From an uncultured Gemmatimonadales bacterium (GTDB lineage Bacteria; Gemmatimonadota; Gemmatimonadetes; Gemmatimonadales; Gemmatimonadaceae): DNA of 64,000 bases. The stretch lies in the NCBI GenBank assembly GCA_963851265.1, contig CAWKNZ010000001.1:32001-96000 (forward strand), written 5' to 3'. A program made the position numbers and the translations under genes. The notes under the pieces were generated by a model. It saw only the letters and a program-made list of their open reading frames with translations, did no database searches and was not told where the DNA came from. This document shows, piece by piece, positions 1 to 10,077 of the stretch (its first letter is position 1; the number at the start of each line of letters is the position of its first letter).

Positions 1-1140
1 GGTGGCACCCGGCAGACGCCTCCGGAGCAGGCGGGGCTCGAACCCTTCCTGCTGGAGGCGAGCGAGCAGGGCACGCTGAACTATCCGCGCGAACGGCTCC
101 GCAGCCAGATGGCCCGGCTCGGCACGAGCATCGGCGTGAGCGCGGACCACGACTGGAGCACGTTCGCCCTCCGCAGCACGCCCGCCACGCTCGATTCGAC
201 CTGGGCCGTCTTCGCCGACCGCCTGCTCCACCCGACCCTCGACTCCGCCGGCGTCGAACTCGTCCGCGCGCAGCTCCTCGGCGCCATCCGCCAGCGCCGC
301 GACGACCCCGACGCGTCGCTCGACTACCTCGCCGACAGCGTCGCGTACACGGGAACGTCGTACGCGCTCGCCCCCGTCGGCACTACCAGCTCGATCGCCG
401 GCCTGACCATCGCCGACCTGCGCCGGTACCAGCAGCAGCAGATGGTCACGTCGCGCATGCTCCTCGTCGTCGTCGGCGACGTCACGCGCGAGCACCTGCT
501 CCGGCTGGTGACCACGACGATCGGCCAGCTCCCGCGCGGCGATTACCGCTGGACGCCCCCCACGCTCCCGGGCTCCTGGAACAGCGCCCTCGCCGTCGAG
601 CGCCGCACCCTGCCCACCAACTACGTCCTGGGCTACTTCCCCGGTGCGGCCGCGACCGGTCCCGACTACGTCCCGCTCCGCATCGCGGCCGCCGTGCTCT
701 CGGGCCGCTTCTTCTCCGAGATTCGCTCCAAGCGCAACCTGAGCTACGCGGTCGACGCCCGCTTCCTCGAGCGCGCGAGTGGAGCGGCCGGGCTGTACGT
801 GACCACCGTCGACCCGCGCACCACGCTTCGCATCATGCGTGAGGAGCTGTCCAACCTGCAGGAAGGGTGGATCACCCCGCACGGCCTCGAACAGCTCACG
901 CAGCACTTCATCACCGAGTACTTCCTCGAGAACGAGACGAACAGCGATCAGGCCAACTTCCTGGCGCGCGCGCAGCTGTACCGCGGCGACTGGCACCGCG
1001 CGTCGCGGTTCGCGGACGAACTCCGCGCGGTGACGCCGGCCGACGTACGGCGGGTGTCGCGGCAGTACCTGCATGGGCTGCGGTTGGCCTACATCGGAGA
1101 TCCGAACAAGCTGGATCCGGGGATCGCGGGGGAGTTTTGA
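1..1140 (+). CDS. M16 (pitrilysin/insulinase) family peptidase subunit, 5'-truncated by window edge
   Basis: Frame open from base 1 (GGTRQTPPEQAGLEPFLLEASEQGT...). M16-like segments 'LSGRFFSEIRSKRNLSYAV' and 'LRAVTPADVRRV'. No HxxEH seen. Confidence 0.8.
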   Translation, partial: GGTRQTPPEQAGLEPFLLEASEQGTLNYPRERLRSQMARLGTSIGVSADHDWSTFALRSTPATLDSTWAVFADRLLHPTLDSAGVELVRAQLLGAIRQRRDDPDASLDYLADSVAYTGTSYALAPVGTTSSIAGLTIADLRRYQQQQMVTSRMLLVVVGDVTREHLLRLVTTTIGQLPRGDYRWTPPTLPGSWNSALAVERRTLPTNYVLGYFPGAAATGPDYVPLRIAAAVLSGRFFSEIRSKRNLSYAVDARFLERASGAAGLYVTTVDPRTTLRIMREELSNLQEGWITPHGLEQLTQHFITEYFLENETNSDQANFLARAQLYRGDWHRASRFADELRAVTPADVRRVSRQYLHGLRLAYIGDPNKLDPGIAGEF

Positions 1141-1320
1141 TGGAGGGAGCCGGGAGCGTTGGACTCGTCAGTCCGTGACCGGCCGGTTCATCCCCGGCCG
1201 GTCACGGACTGGCGCGACCCTACCCACCCCGCGCACCCAACACCCCCCACCCTGCACACCCGACCGTCGACGGCCTGCCCTTTGCCCGACCAGGGGTCCT
1301 TCCCAACCAGGACACCGCCC

Positions 1321-2037
1321 ATGCCGCCGCGCCTCCAAGAGCTTCACCCGTCGATCGTGCACTTCCCGATCGCCGTCCTCCCCATCGCCCTCGGCGCCGA
1401 CCTGCTCGGCCGTCTGACCGGCAGCCGCGCGCTGTCCGAAGTCGGTCGCGTGCTGATGCCGGTCGCCGCCGCGGGTGCGGCCGTGTCGGCCGCGACCGGC
1501 CTCATCGCGCAGCAGGAAGTCAACGCGGGCGGCGTGGCGGGTGACATTCTCGTCACCCATCGCAACCTCAACCTGTCGCTCACCGCGATCACGGCCCTCA
1601 TGGCCGCTCGTCGCTGGAGCGAGGACGAGGCCGGGGTCGGCTACCTCGCGCTCGGTCTCGCGGGGTTGGGCGCGTTGAGCTACAGCGCCTACCTGGGCGG
1701 CAAGATGGTGTACGAGCACGGGGTCGGTGTGAAGCCCGCCGACGGCCTCGCCCATGGCGACAGCCCCGCGCTGTCGCCGAGCGAGGCGCCGAGTGCGGCG
1801 CGTCGGGCGCTCAACGATCTGCGGGACGGAGCCGCCGTGGCCGTGGCCGATGTGAAAGCAGGCCGAATCGCCCCGGCGATCGGCGAGTCGCTCGAGAACC
1901 CGACCGGCGCCTCGCCGCGACGGAACGGGAACGGCCAGCACGCCGCGTCGAGCGCCGGCGCGGCACCTTCGAGCGCTGCCGGGGGTACGGACCGTCTCGC
2001 CGACCACGGCGCGGGGTCGCCCGAAACGCTGCCCTGA
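1321..2037 (+). CDS. DUF2231-type membrane protein
   Basis: N-terminal 'LHPSIVHFPIA' and 'YLGGKMVYEHGVGV' motifs, four hydrophobic segments. Start chosen at ATG 1321. Confidence 0.75.
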   Translation: MPPRLQELHPSIVHFPIAVLPIALGADLLGRLTGSRALSEVGRVLMPVAAAGAAVSAATGLIAQQEVNAGGVAGDILVTHRNLNLSLTAITALMAARRWSEDEAGVGYLALGLAGLGALSYSAYLGGKMVYEHGVGVKPADGLAHGDSPALSPSEAPSAARRALNDLRDGAAVAVADVKAGRIAPAIGESLENPTGASPRRNGNGQHAASSAGAAPSSAAGGTDRLADHGAGSPETLP

Positions 2038-2211
2038 CGTAGTGTGTGCTGCTCGCCGCGCACGCCCGACCGGCGCACGGCGAGCCCAATGCCCGTAGCG
2101 CCCCGCGCGGGCGCGTCCTGCACCCCGCGACGGCTCGCGGGGAACGGGCGCGTCCGCGGTGTGCTCGTTTCTCCGCCGTCCTCTCAGGCCTCTTACGCCG
2201 GAGCGCTCCAC

Positions 2212-3084
2212 ATGCCGACCCGTCCCAAGCCGTCCTCCAAGTCCGTGCCCGTAACCAAGGGGAGCGCGAAGACCACCGCCAAGCGTGCGAGTTCGTCGGC
2301 CAAGCCGGCGTCACGCGCCGCGGTGAAGACGACGGTGAAGGCCGCGTCGACCAAGGCCGGCGCGAAGGCCGCCCCCAAGGCGGCCGCGCCCGCGAAGAAG
2401 GCCGCCACCAAGACGGCCACCGCGGCCAAGCGCCCGGCGGCGAAGGTCGCCAGCCCCGTCAGCCGTGCGAAGGCGACGACCGCTGCGGCCCCGGCGGCCG
2501 CGCCGGTCAAGCGCAGGCCGGCTCCGAAGGGCGCCCCCGCCGCACCGCCGGCCGTAACGGCCACGTTGCCCGACGTCGAGGTCGAGGCGCGGCAGCCCGT
2601 CCTCGTGGCGGAGCCGGTCGCGGCCAACGCGGTGGTCGAGGCGGCGCCGGTCGCGCCCGCGACGGCCGCTCCGGTCGCTGCGGCCCCCGACGTGCCGGAG
2701 GCGCCGACCGGCGAGGAGGCCGTCATCGCGGACGCCGACGTCGCGGCCGCGACGCCCACCGCGCCGCGCCAGGTCATGGTCACCGTCATCCCGAGCGAGC
2801 CGCCGGCGTCGTCCCGTCCCCCGCGCGAGCCCTCGGACGAACCGCATCCGGAGCTTGGCGCCGAGCAGTGGTATCAGCGCGAGAAGGCGCGCCGTACGAA
2901 GCCGCTCACCAACGACCTCATGGCCGAAGCGCGTGAGCTGCTGCTGCAGGCGGTGGCCGAAGCCGGACCACGGCGCGGCCGCCCGGTGCGCGTGGGTGCA
3001 GCGGCGAAGCCGAAGCCCAAGACGCGCGCCGCCGACGACTTCGATCTCGACGAGTACCGCCCGGGCGAGAAGAAGACGACGTAA
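2212..3084 (+). CDS. Lys/Ala/Pro-rich low-complexity protein (histone H1-like N-terminus)
   Basis: AAKK/KAAP repeats, acidic Ala/Pro linker, short charged C-terminal region. Codon usage looks coding. Confidence 0.6.
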   Translation: MPTRPKPSSKSVPVTKGSAKTTAKRASSSAKPASRAAVKTTVKAASTKAGAKAAPKAAAPAKKAATKTATAAKRPAAKVASPVSRAKATTAAAPAAAPVKRRPAPKGAPAAPPAVTATLPDVEVEARQPVLVAEPVAANAVVEAAPVAPATAAPVAAAPDVPEAPTGEEAVIADADVAAATPTAPRQVMVTVIPSEPPASSRPPREPSDEPHPELGAEQWYQREKARRTKPLTNDLMAEARELLLQAVAEAGPRRGRPVRVGAAAKPKPKTRAADDFDLDEYRPGEKKTT

Positions 3085-3102
3085 GCGGGCCGGCCGGGCG
3101 GC

Positions 3103-3723
3103 CTAGCCCGCCCGCGCGGCCAGGACGCGCCGCACGTCGTCGAGCGAGACGCCGACGGCGCGCAGCGCGACGAGGGCGTGGTACACGAGGTCCGCGCCCT
3201 CTTCGGCGGCGCGCCCCGGATCGCCGTCCGCGCAGGCGGTGACCAGTTCGGCGCTTTCCTCGCCGATCTTCTTCAACCGCAGGTTGCGGTCGGCGAGCAG
3301 GCGCTGCGTGTAGCTCGGCCGGTCGGCCGTGGTGGCCCCGGCGGCGGCCGACGCGCGGAGGGCGATCGTCGCGTCGAGGGCGGAGAGCGCGTCCGCGGCC
3401 GGCGGTGGGCCGTCCTGCGCGAAGCAGCTGACCGCCCCCGTGTGGCACGCCGGCCCGGCCGGCGCCACGCGCGCCAGCACCGCGTCGCGGTCGCAGTCGG
3501 CCGCGAGCGCGACCACGCGCTGCACGTTCCCGCTCGTCGCGCCCTTGTGCCACAGGCCGCGGCTGCGCGACCGGTAGTGCATCTCGCCCGTGGACAGCGT
3601 CAGCTGCAGCGCCTCGCGGTCGGCGTGCGCCACCATCAGCACGGCCCCCGTGACGGCGTCCTGCGCGACCACGGTGACGAGGCCGTTCCCCTTCTGAAAG
3701 TCGAGCGTGTCGAGATCGAGCAT
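3103..3723 (-). CDS. hisIE: Bifunctional phosphoribosyl-AMP cyclohydrolase / phosphoribosyl-ATP pyrophosphatase
   Basis: 'WHKGATSGN', 'DCDRD', 'PACHTG', 'KKIGEE', 'ADLVYH' motifs. Confidence 0.95.
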   Translation of the reverse strand: MLDLDTLDFQKGNGLVTVVAQDAVTGAVLMVAHADREALQLTLSTGEMHYRSRSRGLWHKGATSGNVQRVVALAADCDRDAVLARVAPAGPACHTGAVSCFAQDGPPPAADALSALDATIALRASAAAGATTADRPSYTQRLLADRNLRLKKIGEESAELVTACADGDPGRAAEEGADLVYHALVALRAVGVSLDDVRRVLAARAG

Positions 3724-3930
3724 CCGCGCAAGCTAGAGCCAATCACGGGGGGGTGCAGCAGGCGCGGGCGTGCCGGCGGTATTGCCGATGCGGGCCGTCG
3801 TGGGCGCATCTCGGAGCAGCGGTGATGACCGGGCCTACTCGCAGCACCTGCGCGACCGCGTGTGCGCCGCGGCGCACGCGGAGCTGGCCGACGGACCGGG
3901 CGGTCGTGCGGCGTCTTCGTGGAGCACCCC

Positions 3931-3959
3931 CGCGCCGGCCTACTCGGATAGGCAGTAAG
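3931..3959. repeat. Direct repeat, copy 1 (left flank of two-gene cassette)
   Basis: cgcgccggcctactcggataggcagtaag; 25/29 identical to 6194-6222. Confidence 0.75.
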
Positions 3960-4098
3960 TGATCGACTACGCGCACGGATACGGTACGCCTCCTTGCCCG
4001 ACAGTCGTCGGGAACGCGACGCGCCGGCCCCGGACAACGGTCGGCGCGCGCGCACATGGCCACCCCGCACACCCGGGGCGGAGCGGAGGGCGGGCGCG

Positions 4099-5004
4099 AT
4101 GCGCAGACCGACGTTCTACCGACCGATGAACCTGCGCGAAGCGTCGTACGCGTACGACGTGTTCCGCGGGACCCTGCCGCGCACCGACCAGATCGGGGTT
4201 GGCGACGGCCTCGGGTTCGGCGACCGGCCCTGGACCGACGAGGGCTTCGACGCGGGCGCGCGCATGCCCGCCATGCGGTACCAGATGAACGTCGGCGACA
4301 TGGCCAGCATGGACCTGACATCGACGCAATACTTCGGCGGCTTCGGGCGCGTCTGCGACACGTTCATCCACGAACTCACGCACGTATGGCAGTACGCCCA
4401 CGGCGACTTCGTCAAGAGCAGTTCAGTCGCCGCCCAGGCGTGGGAATTTCTCACGAGCGAGGTCGACTACTCGAGCCGCGGGGCGCGGGTAGTCGTCGTA
4501 CACGACGCGTACGAGTATGCACCGCTCGACCACGACAAGGCGTGGGACGATTACAACGCGGAGCAACAGGCACACATCGTCGAAGACTGGAATCTGCACG
4601 GGCGCAGTCAGAGCGACGACCTGTTCCCGTTCATCTCCGAGGTGATCCGCAGTCACGGCGACCCACGGGCGCGTGGGCAGTCGCTCGCCGAGCTGCGGCG
4701 ACAGCTCTACATCCCGACCCCGGTCACATCCTTCCAACTCGAGTCGCCCGACCCCGTCCTCCTGCCGCTGCTCGCGCCGCGCTACGCGGCCACCGACGTG
4801 GCGGGATTCGGCGGACGCGTGCGGCGATTGGAGGACGCCTTCCGGGCGCTCGATCCGTTGCAGGCGCGCGCGCTCCTCGGCCGGCTCACGTCACGTCGGC
4901 ATGGAGACACGTTGTCCGTGTACTTCCACGACCACTTGAGCACCGCCACACGGGTCGCGCTGCTCGGCACGCTGCGCCGTACGGCAACGCTACCAATGCT
5001 GTAA
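4099..5004 (+). CDS. Hypothetical zinc-metallopeptidase-like protein (HExxH)
   Basis: 'FIHELTHVWQY' plus downstream 'YNAEQQAHIVED'. GGAGG upstream of ATG 4099. Confidence 0.65.
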   Translation: MRRPTFYRPMNLREASYAYDVFRGTLPRTDQIGVGDGLGFGDRPWTDEGFDAGARMPAMRYQMNVGDMASMDLTSTQYFGGFGRVCDTFIHELTHVWQYAHGDFVKSSSVAAQAWEFLTSEVDYSSRGARVVVVHDAYEYAPLDHDKAWDDYNAEQQAHIVEDWNLHGRSQSDDLFPFISEVIRSHGDPRARGQSLAELRRQLYIPTPVTSFQLESPDPVLLPLLAPRYAATDVAGFGGRVRRLEDAFRALDPLQARALLGRLTSRRHGDTLSVYFHDHLSTATRVALLGTLRRTATLPML

Positions 5005-5222
5005 CGCAGTCACGGTACCCCCCCGGCCTGTTCGCACACGCGCTCTTGCCGCGGCTCGGCACCACCAACGAGGGCGGTGTCACGTGAGCGGTCGCGCGCG
5101 AGTCGCGTGGCGGCAGTGCTCCCGATTTACCCGCGCCGGCAGCATCTCCTGCGGGACCGCCGCATCGCCGGGCAGCACGCCGCCGGGCATCCCAGAACGC
5201 TACCGATACGAGAACACCACGG

Positions 5223-5990
5223 ATGACGGAGACGAACGACCCCACGCGAGTGCTGGATTGGGCATACGCGGATCGGGCCAACTTCACGGCGCGCTGGAAT
5301 CGCGCCAACGTCCTCAATCTGCTGCGACCTTCGAACGGATTCGAGGAGTACCGGACGATCGGACAACGCGCCGAGTTCTACAACTGGTTCGACCAGATCC
5401 GCGAAGCCCAGGGTCACGAGACCCTCTGGCCCGCGGCCGCCATGATCGTGGCGACTCAGATGCGAAGCCTCGAGGACCCGTTCCGGACGCTCGCGATGAC
5501 GCTGCGCCGGGCCGTCAGCTTGCGGTTCGAGACGAGCGAAGCGCTGATCGCATTTGGCGAGCGCGGTAACAAGATGATTTTCGACGACGTGTTCCCGAAG
5601 TTAGGTGACCTGTACCGCCAGGGGCTTGCAGGAAACCCGCTCAAGGGCGAGGCGGCGGCGAGCTGGGACCGGGCGACGCTGCACCACGAACAGTTCGACG
5701 TCGTGCAGCCCATCTACGTGCAAGCCGTGCACGCGAACCCCGAGTTGAGGGACGAGCTAGAAGACATGGCCGCGGGGCACGACGTGTTCTGGCTCGGCGG
5801 CGTCGCGATCGGATCCAGACTCGACTTCACAGGCGACATTCTGAGCGCGCAAGACAGGTACAACCACGGCATGAACGTCGTCGTCCCGTTCTATAAACAG
5901 TTCAAGGCTGCGCTCGACAGCGGGCGGCGGCGGTCCCAAGTCGCGAAACCGGATCCGGCGGCCGGCGGGATGGTATCGATCCACACGTGA
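5223..5990 (+). CDS. Hypothetical protein
   Basis: 255-aa ORF with complex, protein-like composition. Function not recognised with confidence. Confidence 0.7.
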   Translation: MTETNDPTRVLDWAYADRANFTARWNRANVLNLLRPSNGFEEYRTIGQRAEFYNWFDQIREAQGHETLWPAAAMIVATQMRSLEDPFRTLAMTLRRAVSLRFETSEALIAFGERGNKMIFDDVFPKLGDLYRQGLAGNPLKGEAAASWDRATLHHEQFDVVQPIYVQAVHANPELRDELEDMAAGHDVFWLGGVAIGSRLDFTGDILSAQDRYNHGMNVVVPFYKQFKAALDSGRRRSQVAKPDPAAGGMVSIHT

Positions 5991-6193
5991 GCGCGGGCGC
6001 CAGCCATCGCGCGGTATCACCCGCAACGGAACGACGCCGGCTCCCGAACTCACGCGGCACGCACCGCTGCGCGCCGCGCACGCCACGCTCGGTCCCCAGC
6101 GTCCCGTCGGTCATCCACGCGCGGGTTGTGGCAGTGGAGCGGGTGCGCCTTGCGCGAAGGTAGAAGCGCGTCGCATCGGAAGCCCGCACATCG

Positions 6194-6222
6194 CGCGCCG
6201 GCCTACCGGGATAGGCTGTTAG
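6194..6222. repeat. Direct repeat, copy 2 (overlaps hisN stop codon)
   Basis: cgcgccggcctaccgggataggctgttag; matches 3931-3959. Confidence 0.75.
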
Positions 6223-7061
6223 CCGCGTCCGGACCGGGTGTGTCCGCCGTCCAGCACGCGCCGCACCGAGCCCGCGAGCGCGCCGTTGGTGGCGACCGCC
6301 GACCCGCCGAACGCCGTGCGCACGCCCTCCCACGAGGTGAACGTACCGCCCGCCTCCTCGATCACCGGGAGCAGGGCGGCCACGTCCCAGTCGCCGACCA
6401 CCGCGTCGACCATCGCCTCCGCGCGCCCGGTCGCGACCAGCAGATAGCCGTAGCAGTCCCCCCACGACCGGGCCAGGGCCGCCGACGCTTCGAGCCGCCC
6501 CCACGCGTCGCGCCGGTCGGGGCGGTGCGAGAACTTCGGATCGGTGGTGCACACGGCGGCCGCGGCCAGCTGGTCGACCCCCGACACGCGCGCGCGCGCG
6601 CCGTTCCACCAACACCCTTCGCCGGGCGCAGCGGCCACCAGCTCGCCCACCGCCGGGAAGTACGCGGCACCGGCGAGCACCTCGCCCAGGGCCCCATCCG
6701 TGCCCTGCTCGACGCACGCGACGAGCGTGCCCCACAGCGGCACGCCGCGCACGTAGGTCTTCGTGCCGTCGATCGGGTCGAGCACCCAGCACCGTGACGC
6801 GCCGTGCCCCGAGCGGCCGAACTCCTCGCCGAGGATCGCGTCGTCCGGGTATCGCTCGGCGAGCCATGCGCGGGCCGCCGTCTCCGCCGACCGGTCGGCG
6901 ACCGTGACCGGCGATCCGTCTCCCTTGGTCTCGACGTCGAGCGCGCCCCCGGCCGGGCCGGCGCGGAAGTGCCGGAGGGCCACGTCGCCGGCCATCCGGG
7001 CGACGTCGGCGGCCGCGTGGAGGAGCAGGGCGGGCGTATCGGGAGCGCGGCGATCGGGCAT
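6219..7061 (-). CDS. hisN: Histidinol-phosphatase, inositol monophosphatase family
   Basis: 'ILGEE', 'DPIDGTKTYVRGVPLWGTL', 'WGDCYGY', 'WDVAA' motifs; his context. Confidence 0.88.
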   Translation of the reverse strand: MPDRRAPDTPALLLHAAADVARMAGDVALRHFRAGPAGGALDVETKGDGSPVTVADRSAETAARAWLAERYPDDAILGEEFGRSGHGASRCWVLDPIDGTKTYVRGVPLWGTLVACVEQGTDGALGEVLAGAAYFPAVGELVAAAPGEGCWWNGARARVSGVDQLAAAAVCTTDPKFSHRPDRRDAWGRLEASAALARSWGDCYGYLLVATGRAEAMVDAVVGDWDVAALLPVIEEAGGTFTSWEGVRTAFGGSAVATNGALAGSVRRVLDGGHTRSGRG

Positions 7062-7163
7062 GCGGCAAGTATGAGTGTGGTCGGCGTCTTGCGCAGCGGT
7101 GTGCGCCGACGATCTTCGGCCGATCATCTCGTCCGCACGGTCTCTCTCGTCCGCTTTTCTCGC

Positions 7164-8030
7164 ATGCGCATCCTCGTCCTCGATGTCGGTGGCACCCACG
7201 TCAAGGCGCTCGTTCTCAGCGGTCCAGACGCTGACGGCCCGATCGGGGATCCGGAGGTCCAGCAATCGGCCAGCCGTCACGCGCCGCCCGAGACGGCCGA
7301 GGCCGCGTCGGGGCAGTTCCAGGCGGCCGGCGAGAATGACGCCGATCCGACCAACGGCGCCTCGTCGGTCCCCACGCCCGCCCGCATCGATTCCGGCCCC
7401 ACGCTCACGGCGGCCGACATGGTGGTCGGGGTGAAGGCCGCCACGGCGGGATGGACGTTCGATGCGGTCTCGATCGGCTACCCCGGCCCGGTGGTCGACG
7501 GCCGCCCGGCGGTCGAGCCGCACAACCTCGGCACGGGGTGGGTGGGCTTCGACTTCGCCGGCGCGTTCGGCCGCCCGGTGCGCGTCATCAACGACGCCGC
7601 CATGCAGGCGCTCGGCGGCTACCGCGGGGGGCGCATGCTCTTCCTCGGCCTCGGCACCGGGCTCGGCTCCGCGCTCGTGATCTCGGGGCATCTGCAGCCG
7701 CTCGAGCTCGCGCACCTGCCCTACAAGCGCGGCCGCACCTTCGAGGAGTACGTCGGCGAGCCGGCCCGCGAGCGCGACGGCACGCACCGCTGGCGCCGCA
7801 ACGTGACGGACGTGATCTCCCGCCTGCACGTCGCGATGCAGGTCGACACGGTGCTGCTCGGCGGCGGCAACGCGCGCCGCATGGAGAAGGTGCTCGGCAA
7901 GCTGCCGCCCTTCACCCGCCTCGGCTCCAACGCCGACGCCCTCCGCGGCGGCGTCCGCCTGTGGGTGGGGCCGAGCGAGCGCGCGGGGGTGGAGCTGGCG
8001 ATGGGGGCGGAGGAGGCCGCGGCGCGGTAG
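7164..8030 (+). CDS. ROK family sugar kinase (polyphosphate glucokinase-like)
   Basis: 'VLDVGGTHVK', 'SIGYPGPV', 'INDAAMQALG', 'GLGTGLGSA', 'LELAHLPY'. Confidence 0.85.
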   Translation: MRILVLDVGGTHVKALVLSGPDADGPIGDPEVQQSASRHAPPETAEAASGQFQAAGENDADPTNGASSVPTPARIDSGPTLTAADMVVGVKAATAGWTFDAVSIGYPGPVVDGRPAVEPHNLGTGWVGFDFAGAFGRPVRVINDAAMQALGGYRGGRMLFLGLGTGLGSALVISGHLQPLELAHLPYKRGRTFEEYVGEPARERDGTHRWRRNVTDVISRLHVAMQVDTVLLGGGNARRMEKVLGKLPPFTRLGSNADALRGGVRLWVGPSERAGVELAMGAEEAAAR

Positions 8031-8039
8031 GCGCCGCGG

Positions 8040-8798
8040 CTACCGGACGGCCAGCCCCGCCCCGCGCATGGCCCCCTTGAGCGCGGCCACCGTGGTCACG
8101 CCGTCGTGCAGGATCCCCGCGACGAGCGCCGCGTCCGCCCCGCCCGCCGCGATCGCCTCCGCCACGTGCGCCGCCTCGCCCGCCCCGCCCGAGGCGATCA
8201 CGGGCACGTCCACCGCCGCGGCGACGGCGCGCGTGAGCGGCAGGTCGTAGCCCGTGCGCGCGCCGTCGCGGTCGATGCTCGTGAGCAGCACCTCCCCAGC
8301 GCCGCGCTCGACGCACGCGCGCGCCCACGCGACCGCGTCGAGCGCGGTCGGCTCGCGCCCGCCCTTCACGTACACGCGGAAGATGCCGGCCGCGGGGTCC
8401 CACTTGGCGTCGATGCTCGCCACCACGCACTGCGCGCCGTAGCGCCACGCGCTCTCGGTGAGCACCTCCGGGCGCGTGACCGCGGCGGAGTTGATGCTGA
8501 CCTTGTCGGCCCCCGCCCGCAGCGCGCGCCCGACGTCGTCCGCGGTGCGCACCCCGCCGCCCACCGTGAGCGGCACGAACAGCCGCTCCGCCGTGCGCGC
8601 CACCACGTCGAGCAGCGTCGCGCGCTCCTCCGCGCTCGCCGAGATGTCGAGGAAGGTGATCTCGTCGGCCCCTTCGGCTTCGTAGCGTTCGGCGAGTAAT
8701 ACGGGGTCGCCCACGTCGCGCAGCGCGACGAACTGCGTGCCCTTCACCACGCGCCCGCCGCGCACGTCGAGGCAGACGATCAGCCGGCGGGTGAGCAC
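8040..8798 (-). CDS. hisF: Imidazole glycerol phosphate synthase cyclase subunit
   Basis: 'LIVCLDV', '[10 protein letters not shown]', 'LLTSIDRDG', 'IASGGAG'. GTG start overlaps hisB stop. Confidence 0.95.
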   Translation of the reverse strand: MLTRRLIVCLDVRGGRVVKGTQFVALRDVGDPVLLAERYEAEGADEITFLDISASAEERATLLDVVARTAERLFVPLTVGGGVRTADDVGRALRAGADKVSINSAAVTRPEVLTESAWRYGAQCVVASIDAKWDPAAGIFRVYVKGGREPTALDAVAWARACVERGAGEVLLTSIDRDGARTGYDLPLTRAVAAAVDVPVIASGGAGEAAHVAEAIAAGGADAALVAGILHDGVTTVAALKGAMRGAGLAVR

Positions 8799-9361
8799 TA
8801 CGGCGCCCCGCCCGGGTTCGCGGCGCCGTCGACGACGGTGCTCACGGCCCCCTTGGTCGAGAACACCGCCCCCGTGTCGGCGAGCGCGTCGCGCAGCGCG
8901 AGGCCCAGCGCCTTGAACGCCGCCTCGACGACGTGGTGCCGGTCGCGCCCGCGCAGCACGCGCAGGTGCAGCGTGGCGCGCGCGTTGAAGGCGAACGACT
9001 GCATCCAGTGGTCGTAGAGCCGCGCCGGCAGCGGCCCCTCGTACCACGCGCGCCCGCCGAGGTCGATCGAGGCGTGGACGAGCGCGTCGTCCATCGGGAT
9101 CGTGCGGTCGCCGTAGCGCGCCGCGGTCGCGGGGGCGAACGCGCGCAGCGCCTCGCCCATCGCGATGCCCACGTCCTCGATGAGGTGATGCTTGAGGTCG
9201 CCGCGCGCGTGTACCGCGAGGTCGAGCCCCGAATAGCGCGCGAGCGCGACGAGCATGTGGTCGAGGAACGGCTCCGACGTGTCGACGTCGGCCTGGCCGG
9301 TACCGCGGCTGATGGTCACGCGAATCTGCGTCTCGCGCGTCTCGCGAACGACGACGGTCAT
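8798..9361 (-). CDS. hisB: Imidazoleglycerol-phosphate dehydratase
   Basis: 'RETRET', 'FLDHML', 'HHLIED', 'PMDDAL', 'HHVVEAAFK', 'STKG'. Confidence 0.95.
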   Translation of the reverse strand: MTVVVRETRETQIRVTISRGTGQADVDTSEPFLDHMLVALARYSGLDLAVHARGDLKHHLIEDVGIAMGEALRAFAPATAARYGDRTIPMDDALVHASIDLGGRAWYEGPLPARLYDHWMQSFAFNARATLHLRVLRGRDRHHVVEAAFKALGLALRDALADTGAVFSTKGAVSTVVDGAANPGGAP

Positions 9362-10077
9362 GCGCCTCCGAACTCTTCGGCCACCGCGCGCGCGTCGAGC
9401 GCGCCCGTGTACAACGCCATCCCCACCACCGCGCCCGCCGCCCCACACTCCGCGAGCACGCGAAGATCCTCCACCGACCCCACGCCGCCGGAGGCCAGCA
9501 CCGGCACCGTGGCCACCTCGACCACGTCCTCGATGAGTCGGCGGTCGACGCCCTGCATCTGCCCCTCCTTGTGCACCGCCGTGACGAGGAGTCCGGCCAG
9601 CGGCACGCCCGCCAGCTCCTCGACGAGGTCGGTGACGCGCTTCGTGAGCGTGCGTTCCCACCCGCGCGTCACGACCAGCCGCTCGCGCACGTCGGCCGCG
9701 AGGACGAGCGCGCCGGGAAAGCGGTCCGCCGTCTCGGCGAGCCAGTCCGGGTCCTCGACGCCCCGCGTCCCGACCACCACGGCGGCCGCGCCTAACGCGA
9801 GCACCCGGTCGACGGCGTCGGCGTCGCGCACGCCGCCGCCCACCTGCACCGCGTCGAAGCCGCCGTGCCGGACGAGCTCCTCCACCACGCCCGCGTTGGA
9901 GCCGCGCCCGGTGGCCGCGTCGAGGTCGACCACGTGCAGGCGGTGGAAGCCGAGCCGCGCCCACTCGCGCGCGGCGGCGAGCGGGTCGTCGAGGCGGACG
10001 CGCTCGTCGGCGTACGCGCCGCCGACGAGCTGCACGCACGCGCCCTCGCGCAGGTCGACCGCTGGAAGGACGATCAT
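9358..10077 (-). CDS. hisA: ProFAR isomerase
   Basis: '[13 protein letters not shown]', 'LHVVDLD', 'QVGGGVR', 'ASGGV'. Confidence 0.95.
   Translation of the reverse strand: MIVLPAVDLREGACVQLVGGAYADERVRLDDPLAAAREWARLGFHRLHVVDLDAATGRGSNAGVVEELVRHGGFDAVQVGGGVRDADAVDRVLALGAAAVVVGTRGVEDPDWLAETADRFPGALVLAADVRERLVVTRGWERTLTKRVTDLVEELAGVPLAGLLVTAVHKEGQMQGVDRRLIEDVVEVATVPVLASGGVGSVEDLRVLAECGAAGAVVGMALYTGALDARAVAEEFGGA

Noticed and set aside
3753..3962. Short ORFs between hisIE and the cassette
   Set aside because: No RBS, motif or recognisable similarity.
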